Positions 1-7,361 of a DNA stretch of 15,698 nt are shown here, one piece after another; the stretch's first letter is position 1; each line of letters begins with the position of its first letter. Below the pieces are notes generated by a model. It saw only the letters and a list, made by a program, of their open reading frames with translations, was not told the origin of the DNA and made no database searches. The position numbers and the translations under genes were made by a program. Source of the DNA: Fidelibacterota bacterium (GTDB lineage: Bacteria > Fidelibacterota > Marinisomatia > Marinisomatales > TCS56). The stretch covers positions 1 through 15,698 of the forward strand of contig JBDRBK010000066.1 in assembly GCA_043822705.1 (NCBI GenBank). The letters are read 5' to 3'.

Positions 1-377
1 AACAGTCCCGCCGGTTGGGCGGCGGTCAACCGTATCCGGGCGCTGTCGATGGTCAAACGGTAACCCTCGCCACCGTCCACGCCGGCCGGATCGAGGGCCA
101 GCCGGATCAGCGGCACTGCCGCTTCGTCAACGGAAACAACGACCGGTAATTGCCAGCCGGTGTGCTGCTGCACCAAGCCACGGAGATAATCGCCGGTGGC
201 GGCGGTTGCGCTATCGACCGCAATCCTGGTTTCCGCCGTCAAACGGAAAACAGCGCTGGCGGTTTCCACCTGCCGGGGCAGGGGAATTATATCCACTGCG
301 GCGGATAGCAGACCAGGCGACATGGTTAACAGCAGTAATTGTGCATAATGTTTAATCCAGCGATGTTGTATTTTCAT
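1..377 (-). CDS. Beta-N-acetylhexosaminidase (GH20), N-terminal part; runs off the window start
   Basis: Not in the ORF track. Manual translation from ATG at 377 gives MKIQHRWIKHYAQLLLLTMSPGLLSAAVDIIPLPRQVETASAVFRLTAETRIAVD...GEGYRLTIDSARIRLTAAQPAGL, open to the edge. A signal peptide, 'IIPxP' and 'EGYxLxI...I.L.A....GL' match the GH20 domain-2 pattern. The catalytic domain is outside the window. Confidence 0.8.
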   Translation of the reverse strand, partial: MKIQHRWIKHYAQLLLLTMSPGLLSAAVDIIPLPRQVETASAVFRLTAETRIAVDSATAATGDYLRGLVQQHTGWQLPVVVSVDEAAVPLIRLALDPAGVDGGEGYRLTIDSARIRLTAAQPAGL

Positions 378-1248
378 TTTTCCGTGTTCTGATTTCAGCC
401 AGTAGTTGTTCAAGGGCGGTGACGATTGCAGCTGGTGCTTCCTGCTGCAGGTGGTGGCCTGATTCCGTCAGCAGCCGGAAACCGCCACAGGTTGATTTTT
501 CCGCTACCAAGCGGCTCTGCTCGATCCAGAATTGCTGGAAGGATTCGGCATATTCACCAAAAGCCGGATTAGGCTGGCCGGCTGCCAGCAGCACTAGAGG
601 CAGATTGCCATAAGAACCAATATTACTGACGATATTGGCACTGATATTAAGCATCTCATTATGCTCCGACGCCAGTGTCTTGTAGAACAGACCCTCCCCT
701 TGTTGCCGGGGATCACCGGAATCCAGCAACTCCAGCGCGGCCTGGTTCATCTCCCAGGATTGGCGATTGGCCAGTTCGCGCAATTCGGGGAAGCCCTGGC
801 CCCGCAACCAGGCCAGCGGTGGCGGGTCCAGCAACAGCAGGCCGGCGACCTGATCGGGATAGTCGGCGGCAAACACCTGCAGGTTCATCGCCCCCAGGGA
901 ATGCCCCACCAGCAGGTAGGGACCAGGGACTTTATTGGTCGTAAGACAATAATGCAAATCATGGGCGACGCGGCGGGCGTGGCGCGGAAAATGGCCCGGT
1001 TCGCTACGACCGTAACCGGCCCGCTCATAGACAAAGACCGTGGATAGTTGCGCCAGTTGGGGGATGATTTCTTCCCAGGTTTGAAAGGTCTCGCCGAACC
1101 CGGTGTCGATCACGATGGTCGGGGTACCGCTGCCGTGGACTTCGAAATACAGTTCGGGCATTCGCCGGCGGTCGCCGCAGCCGAATACTAACATAGCCGC
1201 CAGGACCAAGGCGCCACCCGCTTTGAGGCTCTGCCGGGATGCAATCAC
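352..1248 (-). CDS. Alpha/beta hydrolase, probable lipoprotein
   Basis: GHSLG nucleophile elbow, YERAGYGRSE motif, C-terminal SGHH. Hydrophobic N-terminus ends in VFGC (lipobox-like). GTG start overlaps the upstream TGA (GTGA, 1245-1248). Confidence 0.9.
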   Translation of the reverse strand: MIASRQSLKAGGALVLAAMLVFGCGDRRRMPELYFEVHGSGTPTIVIDTGFGETFQTWEEIIPQLAQLSTVFVYERAGYGRSEPGHFPRHARRVAHDLHYCLTTNKVPGPYLLVGHSLGAMNLQVFAADYPDQVAGLLLLDPPPLAWLRGQGFPELRELANRQSWEMNQAALELLDSGDPRQQGEGLFYKTLASEHNEMLNISANIVSNIGSYGNLPLVLLAAGQPNPAFGEYAESFQQFWIEQSRLVAEKSTCGGFRLLTESGHHLQQEAPAAIVTALEQLLAEIRTRKNENTTSLD

Positions 1249-2261
1249 CGCTGTAAAAATTCCACTATTTTCGAATCGACCAGGTCCGCCCGTACAATCG
1301 TCAGATCATGACCGGCACCTGGCACCAGCAGCGTCCGGATCTTCGGGGCCACCCGCCGGAGCCGTTCCAGGGCGGCGTTCGGATCATAGATCACTTCCCG
1401 GTCGCCCACCATGTACAGGGCCGGCACGTTTTGCAGCTGACCCAGTTCCGCGTCCGTCAAAACCGTGGGTGTGACGGTCATTTTCAGCTTGAAACAGCGC
1501 AAGCCCAGGTAGGCGTCTTCCAGCATCGTTTCGGCGGTAGCCCGACCCTCCGGTGTTTGAATCAATGCGGGGAACATCCATTCCACCATCTGGCGCATGA
1601 AATAGCGGTGGGGCAGGAGGGCCTTGATGGCGACTTTGGCCCATTCCAGTGGTAATTGCTGGACCGTCGCCACCGGCGCCATCAGTACAATTTTATTCAA
1701 TCGCTCGGGATAACGCAGGGCATATTGACCGGTCAGCCAGCCACCGTAGGAAAGGCCGGCCAGATTGATCTCATTGTCCAGTCCCAGACCGCTGAACAAT
1801 TCATCCAGCCAGGTGGTGAAATCTTCGGGAGTTTTGAATTCCCGCAGGTAGATGCTGCGGCCGAAATCATAGATATTATCGACGGCGTAAACCCGGAAGT
1901 CCTGTGACAACGCGGCGACATTCGGCAACCAGATCAGGGTGTTGGCCGAGGCCGAGGGCAGCAGGACCAGCGGCGGCGCAGCTTGGGGACCGCTGATGCG
2001 CACGAAGGTCGTACCGTCCGAAGTGGGGACAAAGCGATCCTCAAATGTTACCGGCCATTCCTGAGAGCGCCGATCGTAGTGGGCCAGGTAGCGTTCCCGG
2101 GCGCGGGGGGATTTGAAGGGATGATAATCGTTGATTTTGTTGGCGCCGGGACCGGTAAACAGACCCAACCAGACCCAGGCGACGAATATGAACACCAGCA
2201 GCAGGATCGTGCCGCAACCGATCTTCATGGATTTTTTTAAGGTGAGTTTGGATTTCTCCAT
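1245..2261 (-). CDS. Alpha/beta hydrolase (carboxylesterase-like) with N-terminal membrane anchor
   Basis: GLSYGG nucleophile motif, VGDREVI acid region and GAGHDL catalytic His. TM segment ILLLVFIFVAWVWLGLF. Confidence 0.9.
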   Translation of the reverse strand: MEKSKLTLKKSMKIGCGTILLLVFIFVAWVWLGLFTGPGANKINDYHPFKSPRARERYLAHYDRRSQEWPVTFEDRFVPTSDGTTFVRISGPQAAPPLVLLPSASANTLIWLPNVAALSQDFRVYAVDNIYDFGRSIYLREFKTPEDFTTWLDELFSGLGLDNEINLAGLSYGGWLTGQYALRYPERLNKIVLMAPVATVQQLPLEWAKVAIKALLPHRYFMRQMVEWMFPALIQTPEGRATAETMLEDAYLGLRCFKLKMTVTPTVLTDAELGQLQNVPALYMVGDREVIYDPNAALERLRRVAPKIRTLLVPGAGHDLTIVRADLVDSKIVEFLQR

Positions 2262-2292
2262 AGCAGTGTTCCAACGGATTTTATTTTGTCGA

Positions 2293-2321
2293 ATTATAAA
2301 CAGGACTGGTCAGATATACAA
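2293..2321 (-). promoter_or_regulatory. Sigma70-type promoter for the hydrolase-hydrolase-GH20 unit
   Basis: Minus strand reads TTGTAT (2321-2316), a 17-nt spacer, then TATAAT (2298-2293), about 30 nt upstream of the ATG at 2261. Confidence 0.6.
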
Positions 2322-2372
2322 TTCCAAATCCACTACACAGTCAGGGCAGCCTGTAGCGGGCAAATCTAATGA

Positions 2373-3659
2373 TCAGAATTTGATGCCCGCCAGCAGGATC
2401 GGGCCGGCGTTCAGGGCAAAACCGTCAAGGTAGCCGGCGGATTTGTAGCCGAATTCAAACAGAATATCCACAGGATAGTCATATTCGGCGAGGTCGAAAT
2501 AACCCTGCAGGAACACCGCGCCACCATTGCCGCCGGTCAGTGACGGTGCAGTGTCGGTTCCCAAATCCAGTTCCGGCTGCCGCCAGAGATTGATGTCTAA
2601 ACCGATGGTCAGGTTTTCCGCTTGGCAGACATTCTTGACGAACAGTTCGATTCCGCCCCAGGATTGGTGGAAAGCATTATCGCCCAGCCGCAGATCGATC
2701 AGCGCGCTGCGGGCACCCAACTGCAGGTAATTTTCCAGATGGTATTCCGGTCCGAAAGGCGTATAACCCAGGTGCAGGGCCGGCAGGTAATCCAGCGGTC
2801 CCAACTTCAGGGTCGGAAGGCTGGCGGTCGGATTGCCATCCCATAAGTACGTTTTTAGCTGGATAAATACGGCGATGAATAGGAAAGGGTCGATCAGGTC
2901 GATTTTCTGACGGCCGATCAAATCGCTGACTGACAGTGTCTGGTCGTTGATCCCGTCAGCGCCATTCAGAACGTTCAAGAGATAAATGTAGGCCTGGGGA
3001 TCATTCAAACCCTGGTCGGCGGTGGTGATTTCAGCGGTGGACTGAATATAATTGGTCTGCAGCTGATAACACCAGAAATAGCGGAACGCCTCACGGTAAT
3101 GGATCTGGCGGCGTTCGAACCAGTACAGGCGGGTCTGACGGTTTAAGATATTCTGGACTTCAAAACCACCGCTCCAGATGGCCACCTTTTCCGGTGTGCT
3201 GACTACACCTAATCCGATATTTGCCGATGCTTGACCGCCGCCAGGACCGTAGGGTGGTGGCCGATCGTAGCCGTAATCGATATCACTGATACCCAGTTCA
3301 CGGTAGCGGGCACCGTGACCAAAATATTCATGGGCCAGCACGTTGGAAAAATAGTCTATCGGGCAGTCCAACAGGATGTATTTGGTTACGCGGCCGATGA
3401 AATTACCGGCCCTGCCGCTGAACCGGTTGCCGGGAAACCAGGCATATCCCAGGTAGCGGTCTTCGATTTCCGCGACTGTTTTATGCAGGGTGAGAATATT
3501 GTAGCTGCCACTGCGCATCGATAAACCGCGGTCCAGGGCGATTACTTGTCCGCTGAGATTGAGCACTAGGCCGGCGGTGGACTGAATGTCGCCGGCGACA
3601 GCGGAACCGGCGAGCAAAAAAACGCCGACAGCCAGTATATAAAATTGTTGGTTCGTCAA
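2373..3659 (-). CDS. Secreted or outer-membrane hypothetical protein with HEYFGH motif
   Basis: 428-aa ORF with TTG start preceded by AGGGG and a signal peptide ending AVA. The C-terminal third has alternating strands and ends LAGIKF, as beta-barrel proteins do. Confidence 0.75.
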   Translation of the reverse strand: MTNQQFYILAVGVFLLAGSAVAGDIQSTAGLVLNLSGQVIALDRGLSMRSGSYNILTLHKTVAEIEDRYLGYAWFPGNRFSGRAGNFIGRVTKYILLDCPIDYFSNVLAHEYFGHGARYRELGISDIDYGYDRPPPYGPGGGQASANIGLGVVSTPEKVAIWSGGFEVQNILNRQTRLYWFERRQIHYREAFRYFWCYQLQTNYIQSTAEITTADQGLNDPQAYIYLLNVLNGADGINDQTLSVSDLIGRQKIDLIDPFLFIAVFIQLKTYLWDGNPTASLPTLKLGPLDYLPALHLGYTPFGPEYHLENYLQLGARSALIDLRLGDNAFHQSWGGIELFVKNVCQAENLTIGLDINLWRQPELDLGTDTAPSLTGGNGGAVFLQGYFDLAEYDYPVDILFEFGYKSAGYLDGFALNAGPILLAGIKF

Positions 3660-3679
3660 TATATCCCCTGCGATTATCT

Positions 3680-4192
3680 TTATTGCAGCGTTTCGAACTC
3701 ACCGATCTGTTTATTCTTGCGGACGTTGTCCCAGTGGAAGTAACGACCGCTCATGGCGATATACACCCCGGCCGGCAGGGTCTGTACGAAGGCAATCGCC
3801 GAGCCTAGGTTGAATAATCCGTCGGAACTGCCGAAGGTGTAGGGAATCATCGCCCCGGTCAGCACGATGGTCTTGTCCTTGACCAGCCCGGCGATCACCC
3901 GGGCCGTTTCGACCATGGTATCGGTGCCGTGGGTGATGACGATCCGCTGTTCCTCGGCCTTGAGGCAATTCCTGGCGATCAGTTCCCGGTCGTCGTCGGT
4001 CATGTCATTGCTGTCCACCATCATCAGCGTCCGGATGTTGACCTTGAGTCGGGAACGCCCCAATTGCAGCATATTGGAAATATGGGATTCCTTGAAGAAC
4101 AGCTCCCCGTTCAGTTCGTTGTATTCCTTGTCGAAGGTGCCGCCGGTGACAATGATGCGAATATTTTTAACCATATTATGTACCTGTTTCAT
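3680..4192 (-). CDS. Short asparaginase-domain protein (N-terminal catalytic domain only)
   Basis: TGGTFDK and ITHGTDTM catalytic Thr motifs, LTGAMIP and SDGLFNL. Start is at 4192 (TAATG overlap) or 4174. Confidence 0.9.
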   Translation of the reverse strand: MKQVHNMVKNIRIIVTGGTFDKEYNELNGELFFKESHISNMLQLGRSRLKVNIRTLMMVDSNDMTDDDRELIARNCLKAEEQRIVITHGTDTMVETARVIAGLVKDKTIVLTGAMIPYTFGSSDGLFNLGSAIAFVQTLPAGVYIAMSGRYFHWDNVRKNKQIGEFETLQ

Positions 4193-5472
4193 TAGTCAAA
4201 TTTACGGGTGATAAGTGTTTCCAGGTAGTGTGATTTAACCTGTTTGCTGGCTAAAGCCTGTTTTATCGGTGGGAGTTTAAGAATGACCCCCAAAACGGCA
4301 GCCAGGGAGCGATGATTCCATAAAACCTGCTGATCGAATATCAGATTTTGCAACTTTCCACGCTCGATAGCCATACAGACGGTACGGTGAGCTCCATTTA
4401 AAGGCGTGATCACCCGCTGTCCCCTTTCTCTCAGGGTGATACAGCGATCCCTGCAAGTCCGCACGCACAATCCACATCCCAGGCAGATTTCAGTATCCAA
4501 TTTAGCCTGTTTTTTCCGTGGTCTATGGGGGTCGTTGGCCGAAACCAGTGTCATTGCCTCGACCGGACAGATATTTACGCATTTGCCGCAGCCGTCGCAT
4601 TCACTGGTATTGATTTCGGGAAGAAAATTGGTTGTATGCACCGGGTTCAGAGTCGCAAAACGGCGAGCGGCAATCATCGCTTCGCAGCAGCAGCCGCAAC
4701 AGTTGCAGATGAAATTGACGCTCCGGCGTACATTTTCACCGAATTGGACCAGGTTATTGTCATAAGCCTGCTGCAGCAGGTCCAGGCCTTCGGCTTTATC
4801 CACAGGACGAGCAATGCCGTATTTCAACAGTGATTTTGCCGAATTATTGAACGTCAGGCAGATATCCAGAGGAGCAGTGCAGGCACGGTTCATGTGAGCC
4901 ATTTTATGGCGGCAATAACAGATGCCCACTCCAATGGCCGCAGCGGTCCGGATTACTTCACTGGCCCGTTCGTAGTCCAGCACATGCAGGGCATTTTCTT
5001 CCGACAACGATGGCTCGTTGACGAAAGTTCGGCCTAACTGGGTCTCACCCCGGGTAAAAAGTTCACGGATAAAATCTTCTTCCACGTTTATATACTGATA
5101 AAACAGTTCACTTAACGCTTTCTGATCGATATCGGTGCGCAGGCGCATCAGGGAAAATTCAAAGAAGCCGGCCATCGGCGGTGGCAAAGTGTAAACCGAT
5201 TGACCATCCTGTTCGATGTCAACCAGAATAGCACGTGAGGCCAGTTCGGTGAGTATCTTACGGGTAGCGGGTAGATCCATTTTCCAGAGTATACTGGCTT
5301 TTTGCGCTGAAAACGGTTTGATCGGCAGGCTGGAGACAAGGCTGGCTTCCAGTTCTGAAAAGAGCATTTTCAGGATTTTATACAATAGTTCAGAAGGTGG
5401 GGCACCTTGTGGGAAAAGATTGAGACGGTCCACCAGACTTGAATAACCGGATTTGAGTACGTTATGAGCCAT
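4192..5472 (-). CDS. Cys-rich 4Fe-4S dicluster domain protein
   Basis: CDGCGKCVNICP and CLGCGLCVRTC ferredoxin motifs plus CYCRH and ICNCCGCCC. Start moved to ATG 5472 (MAHNVLK) because the TTG extension to 5550 runs through AT-rich intergenic DNA into a terminator. Confidence 0.85.
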   Translation of the reverse strand: MAHNVLKSGYSSLVDRLNLFPQGAPPSELLYKILKMLFSELEASLVSSLPIKPFSAQKASILWKMDLPATRKILTELASRAILVDIEQDGQSVYTLPPPMAGFFEFSLMRLRTDIDQKALSELFYQYINVEEDFIRELFTRGETQLGRTFVNEPSLSEENALHVLDYERASEVIRTAAAIGVGICYCRHKMAHMNRACTAPLDICLTFNNSAKSLLKYGIARPVDKAEGLDLLQQAYDNNLVQFGENVRRSVNFICNCCGCCCEAMIAARRFATLNPVHTTNFLPEINTSECDGCGKCVNICPVEAMTLVSANDPHRPRKKQAKLDTEICLGCGLCVRTCRDRCITLRERGQRVITPLNGAHRTVCMAIERGKLQNLIFDQQVLWNHRSLAAVLGVILKLPPIKQALASKQVKSHYLETLITRKFD

Positions 5473-5548
5473 ATTTGTCACAACAATATTGAATATATCT
5501 AAAGCTAAAAAACAAGTTACAAGTTGTCCGATACCGTCATCCCGGAGC

Positions 5549-5588
5549 AAAATAAAAAACCTGACGGTGAGGTCAGGCTTTTTATTTT
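5549..5588. terminator. Rho-independent terminator after the aldo/keto reductase, potentially bidirectional
   Basis: AAAATAAAAAA-CCTGAC-GGTGAG-GTCAGG-C-TTTTTATTTT: a stem flanked by A and T tracts, 13 nt past the stop at 5602. Confidence 0.8.
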
Positions 5589-5601
5589 CTTGGTCAATTA
5601 T

Positions 5602-6570
5602 TTACCAGGCATAGGCTTCCGGGGCCTGCCCGCCGGGACCGGGCCAGATTTGATCCAGTTTTGCCAGCGTGTCCGAATCAAGGTTCAGATCGACGGCAGG
5701 GAGGACGCCGGTGAATTGCTCCATGGTACGGGGTCCGATGATCGGTGCCGTCACCACCGGGTTGGTCAGCAGCCAGGCCAGCGCCACAGCGGCCAGATCG
5801 ACGTTCAGTTCGGCGCATAAATGCTCATATTGCTCCAGTTGTGAACGATGATTCTCAACATTCTTTCGGACCGCTTCACCATCCCGTCGGACGTTGCCAC
5901 CCTTTTTGAGGATACCGCCCAGCAGTCCGCTGCCCAGGGGACTCCAGGGGATCAATCCCAGGCCGAATTTTTCCAGGGCGGGAATGACTTCCAGCTCGAT
6001 CATCCGGGCATTCAGGTTATACAGGCTCTGCTCGGAAACCAGACCCATGAAATGCCGCTGCCGGGCCTCGTACTGGGCTTCCACGATGTCGATGCCGGCA
6101 AAATTGCTGGAACCCACGTACAGCACTTTGCCTTCCCGGACCAGTTGTTCCATGGCCTGCCAGATCTCCTCCCAGGGCGTGGCGCGATCCACATGGTGCA
6201 TCTGATACAGGTCGATGTGATCGGTCTGGAGCCGTCGCAGGCTGTCCTCGGCGGCCTTCTTGATATGATAGGCGGAGAGGCCGCGTTCGTTTTCAGCCTC
6301 GCCCATCTTGCCGTAAACCTTGGTAGCCAGCACGATTTTATCGCGACGGCCGCCCTGGGCCAGCCAGCGGCCGATAATCTGTTCGGTGATGCCTGCGCCG
6401 ATCTGCCAGCCGTAAACATCGGCGGTGTCGAAGAAATTGATCCCCAGTTCCAGGGCCTTGTCCATGATGGCGTAACTGTCGGCTTCGCTGGTGTGGGGAC
6501 CGAAATTCATTGTGCCCAGACACAGGCGGCTTACTTTCAGACCGGTGCGGCCCAGGTTGGTGTACTGCAT
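5602..6570 (-). CDS. Aldo/keto reductase
   Basis: LGRTGLKVSRLCLGTMNFG, FFDTADVYG (catalytic Asp/Tyr), LATK, SLRRLQTDHIDLYQMH, PWSPL and PIIGPRT motifs. AAGGAG RBS. Confidence 0.96.
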   Translation of the reverse strand: MQYTNLGRTGLKVSRLCLGTMNFGPHTSEADSYAIMDKALELGINFFDTADVYGWQIGAGITEQIIGRWLAQGGRRDKIVLATKVYGKMGEAENERGLSAYHIKKAAEDSLRRLQTDHIDLYQMHHVDRATPWEEIWQAMEQLVREGKVLYVGSSNFAGIDIVEAQYEARQRHFMGLVSEQSLYNLNARMIELEVIPALEKFGLGLIPWSPLGSGLLGGILKKGGNVRRDGEAVRKNVENHRSQLEQYEHLCAELNVDLAAVALAWLLTNPVVTAPIIGPRTMEQFTGVLPAVDLNLDSDTLAKLDQIWPGPGGQAPEAYAW

Positions 6571-6651
6571 AAAATACTCCTTGTCGGATTTGATTATTTA
6601 ATTCCCCCGACTAATTTGATGAACCATCGCTGTAAAAGTTACGTGCCCACG

Positions 6652-7356
6652 CTAAACTGTGCCATGCAGGTAGGCCTGTCGTTCCGGTTCGGGAAATTTT
6701 TCGATGGCGTAACGCAGCATGGTGCGGGGCATCTGCCGGTAGCGGCTGTGCAGAAATTCCCGCTCGACCTGGGAAGCGCGGTTGCCGACCTCCCGCAGCA
6801 TCCAGCCCACCGCCTTGTGGATCAGGTCTTCCAGATCCTGCAGCAGGATTTCCGCGATGGCCAGGGCATCGTCGAATTGCCCGTTTTTGATGAACCAGTA
6901 GGTGGACATGATACCGACCCGGCGTTCCCAGAGACCGCCGCCACGGGCTAGTTCATAAAGGATTGTTTTGTCCCGCTCCAGCAGCCAGGCGCCGACGATG
7001 TAATGGGCGCTGCTGTCCACCAGGTCCCAGTTGTTGACGTGCGACAGATTATCCAGATACAGCCGGCAGATTTCTTCCCGCCGGTCCGGTTTTCTGCGGT
7101 TGAACTGTTTCACCAGCAGGAACAGGGCCAGCAGCCGCGCTTCGTGATATTCCGAATGCAGCAGTTCGCTGACCTCGGTCAACGGCAGTAGGCCGAACCG
7201 GCTGGTCTGCTGTCGCAGGACCGGCACGCGGATGCCGAGGAACACGTCACCGGCGCCGTATTCGCCGGGGGCCGTCTTGAAAAAGCGCTGGGAATGGGCC
7301 GCCATTTCCGGATTTGCCAGCTCCTGCAATGATTTGAGGACGGTAGTGGCGGTCAT
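6652..7356 (-). CDS. DNA alkylation repair protein (AlkD-like HEAT-repeat glycosylase family)
   Basis: FFKTAPGEYGAGDVFLGIRVP, VNNWDLVDSSA, LWERR, DLIHKAVGWMLREVG and MPRTMLRYAIEKF motifs. Confidence 0.92.
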   Translation of the reverse strand: MTATTVLKSLQELANPEMAAHSQRFFKTAPGEYGAGDVFLGIRVPVLRQQTSRFGLLPLTEVSELLHSEYHEARLLALFLLVKQFNRRKPDRREEICRLYLDNLSHVNNWDLVDSSAHYIVGAWLLERDKTILYELARGGGLWERRVGIMSTYWFIKNGQFDDALAIAEILLQDLEDLIHKAVGWMLREVGNRASQVEREFLHSRYRQMPRTMLRYAIEKFPEPERQAYLHGTV

Positions 7357-7361
7357 GCTGT

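Noticed and set aside
5537..5548. GTCATCCCGGAG, resembling the start of a REP-like palindrome
   Set aside because: No complementary second arm and no other copy in the window.
5473..5550. N-terminal extension of the Fe-S ORF from TTG 5550
   Set aside because: It starts inside the terminator and crosses AT-rich intergenic-looking DNA; ATG 5472 is more plausible.
5848..6951. 367-aa plus-strand ORF
   Set aside because: It is the antisense shadow of the aldo/keto reductase and AlkD-like genes. It has no recognisable motifs, and long antisense ORFs are common in GC-rich DNA.
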